A DNA stretch of 64,000 nt from Gemmatimonas sp. (GCA_965279375.1 OZ257156.1:5088001-5152000); one strand, 5' to 3'. Positions 26,414 through 37,789 are shown, counted from the first letter of the stretch. Notes: a model not told the origin generated them from the letters alone. Numbers and translations are program-made.

Positions 26414-27337
26414 ATGACACATCAGGACGCCGAAGCCATCATCGCCATCGCGGCGATGGCCTCGATGGCAGACGGCCGTCAGGACGCGAACGAATTGTCG
26501 GCGATCGCCGACGCCGCCCGACGTCTTGGCCTCCCCACGGCCGAGGGTGCGCTGCAGCAGGTGACCGGCGGCCAGCTTTCGATCGCGCAGCTGGCCGATC
26601 AGCTGAGTGGCAGCGACGCGCGCCATGCCGCCTACGACGTGGCAATTGCCGTCTGTTCCACCGGTGGTGCCCCCAACCCGCAGGAAGACGAATTCCTCCG
26701 CTCTCTCGCCACGGCGCTGGGCGTCGACGTCAGCAGTTCCAACACCGCCGCAGGCGCCGCGATCCAGTCGGTTGCATCCATCGCCACTCCGCCGATGCTG
26801 GCGGCGCCGACCGTGGCGGGCGGAGTGCCCCCCGTCCTGGACGAACACATCCTCGATCAGGCGATGCTGACCGCCGCCCTCGAGCTGCTGCCGGACCGGC
26901 TGGCCAACATCGCCATCCTCCCGCTGCAGATGCGGCTCGTGCGTCACATTGGCCAGCAGTACGGGCAACAGATGGACGCCAATCAGGTGAAGGATCTGGC
27001 CGCGACCTTCGGTCTGGGCGCCGCCGCTCAGGTGATGGAGAGCGTCGTCCGCAAAGCCTTTGGCGGTATTGCCGGTGGCCTCTTGGGCGGACTCTTCGGC
27101 GGTGCGGCCGGCACGGCAGCCGGTGGCGCAGTGACCTTCGCCAGCACGTACGCGCTTGGACACGCGGCCCAGCAGTACTACGCGCAGGGGCGCGCGCTCT
27201 CGACGGCGGACATGAAGGCGCTATTCTCCCGCTTTCGCGGCGAGGCCGACACGATCTATCCGCGTGTGCAGGATCGCATCGGCACGTTGGCGCGCGGGAC
27301 GAATCTCAGCTCGTTGATGCGTACGATCACGGGCTAG
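26414..27337 (+). CDS. TerB-like domain protein with a C-terminal glycine-zipper (DUF697/DUF533-like) region
   Basis: AAMASMADGRQDANE and EDEFLRSLATALG (TerB-like); ILPLQMRLV..IG..YG and GGLLGGLFGG. Confidence 0.7.
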   Translation: MTHQDAEAIIAIAAMASMADGRQDANELSAIADAARRLGLPTAEGALQQVTGGQLSIAQLADQLSGSDARHAAYDVAIAVCSTGGAPNPQEDEFLRSLATALGVDVSSSNTAAGAAIQSVASIATPPMLAAPTVAGGVPPVLDEHILDQAMLTAALELLPDRLANIAILPLQMRLVRHIGQQYGQQMDANQVKDLAATFGLGAAAQVMESVVRKAFGGIAGGLLGGLFGGAAGTAAGGAVTFASTYALGHAAQQYYAQGRALSTADMKALFSRFRGEADTIYPRVQDRIGTLARGTNLSSLMRTITG

Positions 27338-27362
27338 GCATCGCTCGAATGGCGCGAATCTG

Positions 27363-28547
27363 ATGCCAAGCAAGTTCGGCAGGCTCCTGCTGCTCCTGAC
27401 GCTCGTTACCGGGAGCGCGTGTGCGAAGGCGGTATCGACAGCGACGCTCGATGCCGCCCCCGCCCTCTCCAGCCGTGTCGCGGATACGATCTTCTTCGTG
27501 TCCGCGCGCGCCAGAGACGGCGGACGCACGGAGCGGCGATTTTCCGATACACTCGAGTTCGGTCTCGCGATTCACACGCGTCGGCGCTCGGCGGACGTCC
27601 TGACTGACGGGCTCGACCTTGCGCTCGTCGACTCGGTGTCGCTCACGCAGCTGCAGTTCATCGAACAGCTGCGTCTGGCCGCGAGCGACGACACCACTTC
27701 GAACACCGAAATCGCGCGCAATGCGGACAGCATCGCGCTGCTCTATGTCCACGGATACAGCACCTCCCTGCACGAGTGCTGGCGCAATGCATCCGAATCG
27801 CGCATGCGTTCGCGTTCGGCCGTGCCTTGGGTCGCGTTCTGCTGGCCCTCGAACGGACTCGGCTTCGAACGGCCAGCGCGCGGAGCGATTCTGGACCGAG
27901 CCTACCGAGAGGATTCCGCCGCCGCTGCGGCAAGCGCTCCGGCATTCCTTCGCACGGCCGAAGTCCTGCTCGACGCCGTGCCACCGGCTCGACTACTCGT
28001 AATCGCGCACTCCATGGGGTCGCAATTGGTTGGCGGTGCCCTCGCCGATTCCACCTCACTGCGAGCACGTCTGGAGGCGGCGCCGGTGCGGGCGATCGTC
28101 TTCGCGGCCGCCGATATGGAAACATCGCATTTCACGAATCGTGTCGTGCCGGCAATGCGGCCGCTGTCGACGCGACTGGTGGCTTACGTCTCCGGGCGCG
28201 ACCGCATGCTGGCGCTCTCGCGCCAGCGCAGTGGCACCTCGCGCGCCGGATTACGCAAGGTCACCCCGCTCGTACTTCCGGGACTGGAGTCGATCGATGC
28301 CACCGAAGCGCTCGTCGCCGAAAACTGGTTCCAGGGCATTTTCGGAACCCACCACGCAGTGCGCCGTGCCTCGGCGGAGCTATACGATCTCGTGCACATC
28401 GTCGGCGCGAATCGGTCACCGGAGTGTCGCGCGGCGCTCGGCACCGGACAGTTAAACTCCGACAATGTGTGGCAGCTGCTCGACGTGCGCCCCGATCTCT
28501 CCGCGGTGGACCTCAGGTGTGCGCGTCACGACGTACGCCGCCGGTGA
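27363..28547 (+). CDS. Alpha/beta hydrolase (DUF900-like), exported
   Basis: LYVHGY, FCWPS, nucleophile elbow IAHSMG, AAAD, signal/lipobox. Confidence 0.82.
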   Translation: MPSKFGRLLLLLTLVTGSACAKAVSTATLDAAPALSSRVADTIFFVSARARDGGRTERRFSDTLEFGLAIHTRRRSADVLTDGLDLALVDSVSLTQLQFIEQLRLAASDDTTSNTEIARNADSIALLYVHGYSTSLHECWRNASESRMRSRSAVPWVAFCWPSNGLGFERPARGAILDRAYREDSAAAAASAPAFLRTAEVLLDAVPPARLLVIAHSMGSQLVGGALADSTSLRARLEAAPVRAIVFAAADMETSHFTNRVVPAMRPLSTRLVAYVSGRDRMLALSRQRSGTSRAGLRKVTPLVLPGLESIDATEALVAENWFQGIFGTHHAVRRASAELYDLVHIVGANRSPECRAALGTGQLNSDNVWQLLDVRPDLSAVDLRCARHDVRRR

Positions 28548-28775
28548 ACCTCGTCCTCGCGAACGACGAGCAGCAAACGCTGCACCGCAAAACCGAGTAG
28601 CGCACGACAAGCGGTGCATCTTAATACGGTTTAACGCACCGACGGTTTGCGGCAACGCGATCCCGGTACTTCGCGCGGGCCATGCGGTAGTTGACGGCAG
28701 CGGCTCAGGCGATGCACGTTCTGCCAAGCGTGGAGGTTCGCGCACAGCCACCATGGAGCCCGCGAGGGTATCGTC

Positions 28776-31700
28776 ATGCGCGCGGTTTGTGCGGCAACGG
28801 GAATGCTCATGCTGGCTGCCAGCGAACGCGTGGTGGCGCAGCCGAGGCTACCCGCCGACGGAGGCCAGACTGTTTCACTCGGTCAGCCAGGACCATGGTC
28901 GTGGTCTCTCGGCGTTGCACTGGGACTTCGCGACGATCGCGTCCGCTCCACGGCCGGAGTCGGCGAGGCGCGAATCGGCGTCTATCATGAGCTGTTCAGC
29001 CGCGCGCTCGGCGTCGGTGGCCTTCAGGGTGAGCTGTACTCGCAGTCGGTGAATGCGCGATTCGGCGCCGGTGGGCGCCTGCGGTTCGTGTCGCAGTTCA
29101 CCGGAGTTGCGCTCGGTGCTGACTACAGTGTGACGGAATCGCGACTGCGTCCGATTTTCACATATGTACATCCGATTCGACGGGGCGGTCTGTTCGGCGA
29201 CGGGAGCGTCGCGCGCCTGGATGTGATCACCGGACCGCAGCACTCGGCGATGCTTGGATTCGAGAAGCCGCTGCTGCGTCGCATTCCGATGGGAACGACG
29301 CGACCGCGCACCGACGTCGCGCCATTGCCGCGCGGCGTACGAGTTGCCGCCGAGTCCTCGTCAGCATGGACGACGCTGCGGGCGCCGCTGGCTGAGGCGT
29401 ACGAGGCGGCGCGCCACATTCAGCAGCTGTGCGTCCCTTGGGTCGATCACAAGGGCGGAGGTGGCGCCGAGAGCGATGAGGCGGTGCTCGACCGACTGCT
29501 GGAGATCAAGGGAGCTGCCAAGTCCGCGGTCGGAAACAGAACGGTGGAGGCGGAATCCCGTCGCCTGCACGATGCCATCGATCAGGCATTCACGATGGCG
29601 CTGGGCTCCGCGACGTTGGCCGGGAAGACCCCGCGCGAATCGGGCAACGCCATCGGCGCACAGGCGCGACGGCTGCTGCTCGTGGAGGTGTTGCTGCCGT
29701 ACAATCGGCTCCTGGGACAGTCCAAGGAGTTCGATTCAACACTCGGCCTCGACGTGCTCGCACGGGGGGCGTTCCTGCGCTGGCTGCAAGTGGAGGCGAG
29801 AGCGCCGTCGCAGTCGTCCGGTGCACTGATGTCGGTCTTCGATGCGCTGCTCGACATCGTCGAGGAGACGCGGAGCCGCACGCGGCAGGAGTGGGGCACA
29901 TCGCGCTTTGTGTGGCTACCACTGCAACTCGCGTTGCGCCCGGAACAGTACGACTCGCAGGCAGAACTCGATGCGCTCGTAGAGCTGGCGACGCAGACCA
30001 GCTTCACGGACAGCAACAGCGTCTCGTACATCATCAACGAGCAATTCCAGTCGCAGTTGCACCGCACCATTCTGGCCGCGCGGCAATATCACGTGCTGTG
30101 GACGCACGACTTTCGCGGCTACGACGCCAAGGGCGAGCCGGATGAGATGAGCTTTCGGCAGGTGCTGCTGTCGTACTTCGCGGCGATGACGGCACGCGTG
30201 CGCGCATACGACAGCACGGGCACGTTTCCCAGCTACTTCATCCTGCTCGACGAATGGTTCTACGAGATCAATCGCGGTCGACTTTGGATGGATTTGCTGG
30301 AGAATCCGACACAACACCGAATTCGACTACCCGCGCGCTACGCGTTCATGGGAGACTCCATCCGCGCGGCCCAGCAGCGACTACGCTCGGCGATTGACGC
30401 ATCGGTGCTTCTCACCGCACAACGCAAACAGTATGGGGAGGATTGGCTTCGCGATCTCGTGAAGGTGCAAGTCAGCATCACCAACGCGTCGGATCCGAGC
30501 TTCTGGAGCTGGGGGGTTGTCACGCACTTTCCGCTCCCCGACACGTGGATGCGCGACCATCGAAAGATCGTGTTCTACGATGTGACCGAAGCCGATCCGT
30601 TTCGCGGAGAAGGCATCCTGACCGGGGCGGGAATCGGGGAGCACTACGCCAACCTCTCGTGGGAAGACCGTTCGGTGCTGGTCCGCGGTCCGGTGCTCCT
30701 GTCGCTCAAGACCGCAGCACGCGAGTCGCTTCGCAAGCAGGGGCTTTCCGATCTGCGTATTCCTGCGGTGCTGCAGCCGCAGCGGAGCGATGGCGATTCG
30801 CGCGTCGCGCGTGCGGACGCGGACGTTCGAGCTCGCATGGACGCCGAACACTCGCGTGGGCTTCGCGCCGTGCAACTGCACAACGGCACGGGCTTCGACC
30901 GCAAGGACGTCAATGTGGCCAAGGCGGTGCTCTACACGCTCATGCCTGCCGGTTCGGTCATCAAAATCCCCGACTCGTTGTGGAACGGTACGCTCTGGGG
31001 CTCGGCGTTGATTGGTGCAGCGCTTCGAGGCGTGCGCGTGATCGTCATCGCTCCCTCGCTGCAGAATGCGCCGGCGCGCGCGTTTGGATCGATGGTGCGC
31101 AGCAGAGAGTTGCTCTGGCGCCTGGTGATGGCGTCGCGACTGCTGTCGGACGAAATCGCCGCCTCTGGCGGATTGCTGAAGGTGGGGATCTACACCTCTC
31201 GCCTGCCCATCAGCGACATCAAGGGTCGGCTCACCGCAACGAATCGCGTGTTCGTGCAACAGAACTGGCTACGCGACCTCATGCAGTTTCCTCCCGCGGT
31301 CTATCGCGCACTCGCCAGCGAAGTGCGTGACAACGAGGGAGTTCGCACCACGCGCGCGGATGCGGATAGCGCGTTCGACGACTTCAAGTCGGAGGGACGC
31401 GCACTGCTGCACCTCAAGGCCAACTTCTTCGCGTCGCGCGAAGCCTGGACACTGATGTCGCAGCCGGAGTGGTCGGAGGTGACGCGCGTTTTCACGCGGC
31501 AACGCGAAGCGCAGGTACGCGCGCATTCGGTCACGCTCATGGACGCCGGAGATCCACCCGACTCCACGATCGCACTCAGCGACGCGATCGTGCAGCGTTG
31601 GCGACAGCGCCTGTCAGCTGAATCTCGCGACCGAATCGTGTTCTTCACCGTGCTCGGCTCTGCCAACCAGAATGACCGGAGCATGGTCAGCGACGGTGAA

Positions 31701-31868
31701 GCGGCGCTTGTGCTGTCCAACTGGCCGGCTGTGGTGCCGTACCTCGATCTGCTTTCGCTCATCGGGCAGTGCGACTGGATCGACGAACCCAGCGCGCTCG
31801 ACGCGCTGCTGCCGAGGCAGGGGTCGCTGCGCACGCGCTTCGCACACTGGTTCAAGCACGTGTTTTGA
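28776..31868 (+). CDS. Large exported phospholipase D-superfamily protein
   Basis: DHRKIVFYD (HKD), a second LHLKANFF motif followed later by GSANQNDRS. Signal peptide and a beta-strand-rich N-terminus. Confidence 0.7.
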   Translation: MRAVCAATGMLMLAASERVVAQPRLPADGGQTVSLGQPGPWSWSLGVALGLRDDRVRSTAGVGEARIGVYHELFSRALGVGGLQGELYSQSVNARFGAGGRLRFVSQFTGVALGADYSVTESRLRPIFTYVHPIRRGGLFGDGSVARLDVITGPQHSAMLGFEKPLLRRIPMGTTRPRTDVAPLPRGVRVAAESSSAWTTLRAPLAEAYEAARHIQQLCVPWVDHKGGGGAESDEAVLDRLLEIKGAAKSAVGNRTVEAESRRLHDAIDQAFTMALGSATLAGKTPRESGNAIGAQARRLLLVEVLLPYNRLLGQSKEFDSTLGLDVLARGAFLRWLQVEARAPSQSSGALMSVFDALLDIVEETRSRTRQEWGTSRFVWLPLQLALRPEQYDSQAELDALVELATQTSFTDSNSVSYIINEQFQSQLHRTILAARQYHVLWTHDFRGYDAKGEPDEMSFRQVLLSYFAAMTARVRAYDSTGTFPSYFILLDEWFYEINRGRLWMDLLENPTQHRIRLPARYAFMGDSIRAAQQRLRSAIDASVLLTAQRKQYGEDWLRDLVKVQVSITNASDPSFWSWGVVTHFPLPDTWMRDHRKIVFYDVTEADPFRGEGILTGAGIGEHYANLSWEDRSVLVRGPVLLSLKTAARESLRKQGLSDLRIPAVLQPQRSDGDSRVARADADVRARMDAEHSRGLRAVQLHNGTGFDRKDVNVAKAVLYTLMPAGSVIKIPDSLWNGTLWGSALIGAALRGVRVIVIAPSLQNAPARAFGSMVRSRELLWRLVMASRLLSDEIAASGGLLKVGIYTSRLPISDIKGRLTATNRVFVQQNWLRDLMQFPPAVYRALASEVRDNEGVRTTRADADSAFDDFKSEGRALLHLKANFFASREAWTLMSQPEWSEVTRVFTRQREAQVRAHSVTLMDAGDPPDSTIALSDAIVQRWRQRLSAESRDRIVFFTVLGSANQNDRSMVSDGEAALVLSNWPAVVPYLDLLSLIGQCDWIDEPSALDALLPRQGSLRTRFAHWFKHVF

Positions 31869-31935
31869 GCACGTGTTTTGACGACGCACATCCTCGTCCG
31901 CTCGCACGCGGAGACGCCGCGTGCGAGCGTCGCGA

Positions 31936-33351
31936 TCAAGGCACCAGCGGCACCACGCGGGACGACGGAATGAGATAGAACGCCTCCTGACGGGGCCGGA
32001 AGAACCGGAACCCTTGCTCCGTCAGGTGCGCGTCGTCTTCCATCATCACGAACACTTTCTTGCCGCCCCACTCGGGCACGGCCGTCGCCGTATTCAGCTC
32101 GACGGAGATGTAAGAACCCAACCGCAGCCGCGCGTTCTGCGTGAGCGTGTCGGAGCGCAATGCACTCCGAAAGTCGATGGATGCGCCGAGTCCGTGCCCC
32201 TGCGCACCGATCGGATGCGAGTACACCATCGCTTCGATCCCCTGCTGCTTCATCTCGGCCATCGTCGCATTGAACACCGTGCCACCGGTGAGCCCCGGAC
32301 GTGCGGCGCGCAGCATCAGCGCATCCTGCAGTGCGTTCGTGTTGCGCAGCGCGGCCTTGAGGCCGGCGGGTGCATCCTTCTCCCCCGGCTTGAGCACGTA
32401 GGCCATCTTCTGCCAATCGGTATCGAAGCCCATGTAGCTGATGCCGAAATCGATGTGCACGAGATCGCCGGGCTGAATGACGATGCGCTCGGGCGCGACG
32501 GCGAGAAAGCCGCGCGACGTGGCCACTTCGCCCACCGCGCGCTGCACGCGGAGATCTGGCTGGAACCAGGTGCGCACGCCCGCTTGCCCGAGCATGTCGT
32601 AGAGCGCATTGCGCACGTCACCCACCGTGGTTTTGCCCGGCGTGATGAACTCGCGTGAGAGCGCGCGCTTGACGATCCCCTCGGTCACAGCGACGGCCGT
32701 CGTGTAGTGCGCCATCTCGTCGGGGAGGCGGGTGTCGAGGTACTCCTCGATCAGATCGCTCGCGCTGGTGAACTTGGCCGTCGCGTCAGGGCCCATCGCT
32801 TCGCTCAGGAAGCGGTGGGCGTCGTAGCCGAGCGATCGCGTTTGGCCGCGGCGGCCGCCGATGCCGAGTCCGATCGTCTTGGGCTGCCATTGGTCGTAGA
32901 GCGCCTTGAGCGTAGGCGCGGGGGGGCGCGGCTCGTCGGTGGGCGCATCAAAGAAGCGCGCGACGTTTTCCTCGGTGTAGGCGGTGATCGCGTACTTCTT
33001 GAGCCCCTTGTCGCCCCCGTCGATGAAGACGAAGAAGTCCCGATTGCCCGTGTAGGGTCGGGGCGGCGCGATGTACTGCGAGAGGGGATCGTCGTGGAAT
33101 TCCTCGTTGACCACGATCCACATGCCGATCCCGTGGCGGCGCATCATCGGAAGGAGCGCGGCGTGGCGCTGGGTGAGCCAGCCTTCACGTACCGCGATCT
33201 GTTGCGACCAAGGGAGCAGCGCCGGGGCGCCAGCGGTACGGGTGGCGGGCGCGGCGGGGCGTCCCTGCTGGGCCCGCAGGTCGGCGCGGGCGGTGGCCAG
33301 GCTCGCGCAGGCGAGCGCGGGGGCGAGCAGTCGAAGAGGAGTCAGGCGCAT
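31936..33351 (-). CDS. M24-family (Xaa-Pro) aminopeptidase, exported
   Basis: GDLVHIDFG, TDWQ, YSHPIG, SVE and MEDD metal ligands. Signal peptide from ATG 33351. Confidence 0.88.
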   Translation of the reverse strand: MRLTPLRLLAPALACASLATARADLRAQQGRPAAPATRTAGAPALLPWSQQIAVREGWLTQRHAALLPMMRRHGIGMWIVVNEEFHDDPLSQYIAPPRPYTGNRDFFVFIDGGDKGLKKYAITAYTEENVARFFDAPTDEPRPPAPTLKALYDQWQPKTIGLGIGGRRGQTRSLGYDAHRFLSEAMGPDATAKFTSASDLIEEYLDTRLPDEMAHYTTAVAVTEGIVKRALSREFITPGKTTVGDVRNALYDMLGQAGVRTWFQPDLRVQRAVGEVATSRGFLAVAPERIVIQPGDLVHIDFGISYMGFDTDWQKMAYVLKPGEKDAPAGLKAALRNTNALQDALMLRAARPGLTGGTVFNATMAEMKQQGIEAMVYSHPIGAQGHGLGASIDFRSALRSDTLTQNARLRLGSYISVELNTATAVPEWGGKKVFVMMEDDAHLTEQGFRFFRPRQEAFYLIPSSRVVPLVP

Positions 33352-33478
33352 GGCGGAAATAGAAGAGGCGGCGACGGCAGTGCGCCAGCGTACCGCCGAA
33401 CCGGCGCGTATTCTAGGGTTGCCCTCCGACGCCTCCACGTCCGGGCGGTTCCGGCCCATCTCCACCCCCGAGCCCCGC

Positions 33479-36181
33479 ATGACCACTCCGCTCCATTCCC
33501 TGCGCTGGCCTGCGCTGCTGTCGGCGATCGCGCTGTCTGCGACGTCGCTTGCCGCACAGAACTCCACCGGCGGCGCCAGCCCCGCAACGTCAGGCAACTG
33601 GGATCCGCAGGCCGTTCTCAAGACGGAAGCGTGGGTGAAGCCCCCCGCCAACGTGACGAGCATCATCACGGCGCCACGCGTCGACATCTCCTTTCCGTCG
33701 CCCAACGCGTCGCGCTCGCTGTTCCTGCGCACGACGGGCGACGCGCGCGGCGACATCGCGCTCTACGGCAAGGAGCACGTCTACCTGGGCGGCCTGCAGG
33801 TGGATACCAAGGCGAATCGCGCGCGCTCGCTGACGACCAGCAATCGCAAGGGACTCGAAGTGGTGGATCCCAAGACCGGCACCGCTCGCGCGTTGAGCAC
33901 GCCGGCGGGCGCGAGCATCTCGTCGCCCGTGTGGTCGCCACTTGGAACGCAGGTGGCGTTCATCGCGAACTACGACGCCGTCAGCCAGATCTTCATCGCC
34001 GACGTCGCCTCAGGAAAGTCCACGCTGCTCTCCAAGGCTCCACTGCTCGCCACGTTGAGCACCGATCTGGTGTGGACGGCGGATGGCAAGTCGGTCATCG
34101 CCGTGCTGGTGCCGGACGGACGCGCGCCGGCGCCGGAGAACGAATGGGATGGCGCGACGGATGGTCCGCTCGTGCATCTCACCAATGCGCGCGCGCTGCC
34201 GCAGCCGGTACACGCCAGCCTGATGCACAGCGTGCATGAGCAGAAGCTGCTCAAGTACTACACGACCGGCCAGCTCGCGTTGATCGACGTGAAGACCAAG
34301 GCAATCAAGAAGATCGGTGCGCCGCGCATGATCCGCGACGTGGACGCGTCGAGCGACGGCGCCTACATGCGCGTGACGATCATGACCGAGCCGTTCTCCT
34401 ACATCGTGCCGGTGTCGAGCTTCGGCACCGTGCAGGAGCTGTGGGATGCGTCGGGCAAGATGATCACCACGCTCGCCACCACGCCGCTGCGCGAAGGACC
34501 GGCGGCGGACGGCGATCCGACGGGTGGCCGTGGCGGCGGTGGCGCTGCACCGACGGATACCGGCAAGCGCAACATCCAGTGGAACCCGGTAGGCCCGGGA
34601 CTCGTGTACCTGCAGTCGGTCTTCGCCGCCGCACCGGCGGGTGGTAACGGTGCCGCCGGCCGTGGCGCAGGTCGTGGTGGTGCGCCGGCCGCTGGTCGCG
34701 CCGGTGCAGGCGCGCGTCCGCAGCCGACGAGCGTCAAGTACGTGCAGTGGCTCCCGCCGTTTGGCGCCAACGACACCAAGGTCATTTACGAAGGCGGTCC
34801 GCAGCTCTCGTCGGTGGCGTACAGCGCTGACGGCAAGACGATGTTCCTGAGCGACAGCGGCTCGACCTATGCCGTGCGCACGGCCGACATGACCAAGCGC
34901 TACAACCTCGGCCGCGGCGTGACCGTGGGCGGTGGACGCGGGTTTGGTCCGGCCGGCGGCGGCGGTCGCGGTGGCCCCGACACGACGAACGTGGGTGGCA
35001 CGCTCGCCACGAAGACGGGCCCGAACGGACAGACGTTCGTGGTCGTCACCAGCGACAACAAGTCGGTGATTCTGCAGGGCACGAAGGTGCCGGGCATCAA
35101 GTGGAACTCCGAAGCGCCGCGTCCGTGGGCGGACAAGCTCGACATCGAAACGGCGGCGCGCACGCGCATCTTCGAGAGCCCGGTCGACGGCTTCGATGAA
35201 ATCGTCGCACCGCTCAACGACGACTTCACGCAAATCCTCTATCGCCACGAGTCGCCGACGGTGATTCCTGATGTGTGGATGCGCGACGTGGCATCGAACA
35301 CGAACAAGAAGCTGACGAACAACAAGGACGTCAGCCCCGATGTCTCCAACGCCATTCGCAAGCGCCTGCAGGTGAAGCGCCCGCGCGAAGGGAACACGAT
35401 GTGGGTGGACGTGACGCTGCCGCGCGACTGGACGCCGGGCGTGAAGCTGCCCGGCATCATCTGGTTCTACCCGTACGAGTACACGTCGCAGGCGGAGTAC
35501 GAGCGCTCGCGCTTCAGCACCAACATCAATCGCTTCCCCGAGGTCCCCGCCACGCGTCCTGCCTCCAGCACCAAGCTGTGGGTGACGCAGGGCTACGCCG
35601 TCATCGAGCCGGACATTCCGATCTGGGGTGACTCGGGCCGGATGAACGACAACTACACGCGCGACCTCAAGGAAAACCTCGACGCGGTCATGGACGCGGT
35701 GGTGGAAGCGGGCTTTGTGGATCGCAACAAGATGGGCATCGGTGGCCACAGCTACGGCGCCTTCAGCACGGTCAACGCGCTGACCCTGACGCCGTACTTC
35801 AAGGCCGGCATCGCGGGCGACGGCATGTACAACCGCAGCCTCACGCCGTTCGGCTTCCAGAGCGAGCGACGGAATTTCTACGAGGCCCAGAGTACATACC
35901 TCGACATGTCGCCGTACTTCCGCGCCAACAAGATCGCCGGCGCCCTGCTCATGTATCACGGCACGGAAGACCAGAACACGGGCACCGCGCTGATCAGCTC
36001 GCAGCGCATGCTTCTGGCGCTGCAGGGACTGGGCAAGCAGGCGGCACTCTACCAGTATCCATACGAAGACCACAGCGTCGCGACGTACGCCAGCGACCTC
36101 GATCTGTGGGCGCGTTGGCTCGCGTGGTTCGACGTGTACGTCAAGAACCCCAAGGGCGACACGAAGGCCTTTACGCCGTAA
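33479..36181 (+). CDS. S9 prolyl oligopeptidase-family serine peptidase
   Basis: GGHSYG nucleophile, HGTED, YPYEDH, N-terminal beta-propeller-like region, signal peptide. Confidence 0.9.
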   Translation: MTTPLHSLRWPALLSAIALSATSLAAQNSTGGASPATSGNWDPQAVLKTEAWVKPPANVTSIITAPRVDISFPSPNASRSLFLRTTGDARGDIALYGKEHVYLGGLQVDTKANRARSLTTSNRKGLEVVDPKTGTARALSTPAGASISSPVWSPLGTQVAFIANYDAVSQIFIADVASGKSTLLSKAPLLATLSTDLVWTADGKSVIAVLVPDGRAPAPENEWDGATDGPLVHLTNARALPQPVHASLMHSVHEQKLLKYYTTGQLALIDVKTKAIKKIGAPRMIRDVDASSDGAYMRVTIMTEPFSYIVPVSSFGTVQELWDASGKMITTLATTPLREGPAADGDPTGGRGGGGAAPTDTGKRNIQWNPVGPGLVYLQSVFAAAPAGGNGAAGRGAGRGGAPAAGRAGAGARPQPTSVKYVQWLPPFGANDTKVIYEGGPQLSSVAYSADGKTMFLSDSGSTYAVRTADMTKRYNLGRGVTVGGGRGFGPAGGGGRGGPDTTNVGGTLATKTGPNGQTFVVVTSDNKSVILQGTKVPGIKWNSEAPRPWADKLDIETAARTRIFESPVDGFDEIVAPLNDDFTQILYRHESPTVIPDVWMRDVASNTNKKLTNNKDVSPDVSNAIRKRLQVKRPREGNTMWVDVTLPRDWTPGVKLPGIIWFYPYEYTSQAEYERSRFSTNINRFPEVPATRPASSTKLWVTQGYAVIEPDIPIWGDSGRMNDNYTRDLKENLDAVMDAVVEAGFVDRNKMGIGGHSYGAFSTVNALTLTPYFKAGIAGDGMYNRSLTPFGFQSERRNFYEAQSTYLDMSPYFRANKIAGALLMYHGTEDQNTGTALISSQRMLLALQGLGKQAALYQYPYEDHSVATYASDLDLWARWLAWFDVYVKNPKGDTKAFTP

Positions 36182-36193
36182 TCCGAGACGCCC

Positions 36194-37789
36194 TTGCATC
36201 ACCCGTTGCTGCTGGACACCACGCTGCTGACGTTCGACAATCGATTCACGACGCAGCTCCCGGGCGACCCTGACGGTCGCCCGGTTCCACGGCAGGTTGT
36301 CGGCGCGTGCTGGTCTCCAGCCGCGCCGACCGCCGTTTCAGCCCCTCGCCTGCTCGCCTATTCGCACGAGATGGCGAGTACGCTGGGCTTCACGCCCGAG
36401 TACGTGGCGTCGGACGAGTTCGCGCAGGTTTTTGGAGGCAATGCACTACTGCCGGGGATGGAGCCGTTCGCGATGTGCTACGGCGGCCATCAGTTCGGCA
36501 ATTGGGCCGGCCAATTGGGCGACGGCCGCGCCATCTCGCTCGGCGAGAGCATCAACGCCGCCGGCGAACGCTGGGAGCTGCAGCTCAAGGGCGCTGGACG
36601 TACACCCTACTCGCGCAGTGCCGACGGTCGTGCCGTCCTGCGCTCGAGCATCCGCGAGTTTCTCTGCAGCGAAGCGATGCATCATCTGGGTGTCCCCACC
36701 ACGCGCGCGCTTTCGCTCGTCGGCACCGGAGATCAGGTGCTGCGCGACATGTTCTACAACGGCTATCCCGAGTATGAACCGGGCGCGATCGTCTGCCGTG
36801 TCGCGCCGTCGTTCATTCGATTCGGCAACTTCGAGATCTTCGCCGCGCGCGGCGACATCGCGCTGCTCACGCAGCTCGCCGACTTCACCATCGCGCGCGA
36901 CTTCCCGCACATCGACATCACCGCACCCGACCGCATCGCCACCTGGTTTCGCGAGGTGTGCACGCGCACGGCAACGATGATCGTCGGCTGGATGCGCGTC
37001 GGCTTCACGCACGGCGTGATGAACACCGACAACATGTCGATCCTCGGCCTCACGATCGACTACGGGCCTTTCGGGTGGGTGGACAACTTCGATCCCGACT
37101 GGACGCCCAATACGACGGACAGTCGCGATCATCGTTACGCCTTTGCCAAGCAGCCTGCGGTCGCGCTGTGGAATCTGATGCGCTTGGGCGAGGCGCTCGC
37201 TCCCATCGCGCCCGAGGCCGAGGGACTGAGTGAAGGCATTGCCGCCGGTATCGATGCGTATCGCGAGGCATTCAATCGCGAGTATACGGCGATGATGGCT
37301 GCGAAGCTTGGACTGCCCTCGTGGGGTGCCGACGAACTCGAACTGGCCACCGATCTGTTCAACCTGATGGAGCAGAGCGAAGTGGACTACACCCTCAGCT
37401 TTCACGCGTTGGCGCAGCTCGACCTCGCCGCGCCTCGCATCGATTCACTTCGCGAGATGTCGTACGACACGGAGAAGTTCGACGCGCACTCGCCGCAGTG
37501 GGAGCGCTGGATCGAGCACTATGCGGCGCGTGTGCTGGCGGTTGGTGAAGCGGCACCGATTCGACTGGAGCGCATGCGCCTGACCAATCCGACGTACGTC
37601 CTGCGCAACTACATGGCGCAGCAGGCCATCGATGCCGCCACGGCCGGCGATCTCACGGAAGTGAACACGCTGCTGGAGCTGCTGCGTCGCCCATACGACG
37701 AACAACCGGGCATGGAGCGCTATCGGACGAAGCGTCCGGACTGGGCGCGTGACAAGGCTGGCTGTTCGCGATTGAGCTGCAGTTCGTAG
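36194..37789 (+). CDS. selO: Protein adenylyltransferase SelO (YdiU family)
   Basis: [50 protein letters not shown], terminal LSCSS. Confidence 0.96.
   Translation: MHHPLLLDTTLLTFDNRFTTQLPGDPDGRPVPRQVVGACWSPAAPTAVSAPRLLAYSHEMASTLGFTPEYVASDEFAQVFGGNALLPGMEPFAMCYGGHQFGNWAGQLGDGRAISLGESINAAGERWELQLKGAGRTPYSRSADGRAVLRSSIREFLCSEAMHHLGVPTTRALSLVGTGDQVLRDMFYNGYPEYEPGAIVCRVAPSFIRFGNFEIFAARGDIALLTQLADFTIARDFPHIDITAPDRIATWFREVCTRTATMIVGWMRVGFTHGVMNTDNMSILGLTIDYGPFGWVDNFDPDWTPNTTDSRDHRYAFAKQPAVALWNLMRLGEALAPIAPEAEGLSEGIAAGIDAYREAFNREYTAMMAAKLGLPSWGADELELATDLFNLMEQSEVDYTLSFHALAQLDLAAPRIDSLREMSYDTEKFDAHSPQWERWIEHYAARVLAVGEAAPIRLERMRLTNPTYVLRNYMAQQAIDAATAGDLTEVNTLLELLRRPYDEQPGMERYRTKRPDWARDKAGCSRLSCSS

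Noticed and set aside
31936..33756. Long overlapping N-terminal extensions of the M24 (to 33756) and S9 (from 33071) ORFs
   Set aside because: Signal peptides start at 33351 and 33479, giving a normal divergent pair. The extensions are GC-rich open-frame artefacts.
34500..34990. GGRG-rich segments in the S9 peptidase as a novel feature
   Set aside because: Gly/Arg-rich linkers are common in exported proteins of this type, and there is no exact DNA repeat.
34010..36202. Long antisense ORFs (e.g. 730 aa here, also 23328-25058, 53880-55586, 62029-63393)
   Set aside because: They mirror well-supported genes, which is expected with high-GC codon bias, and have no recognisable motifs.
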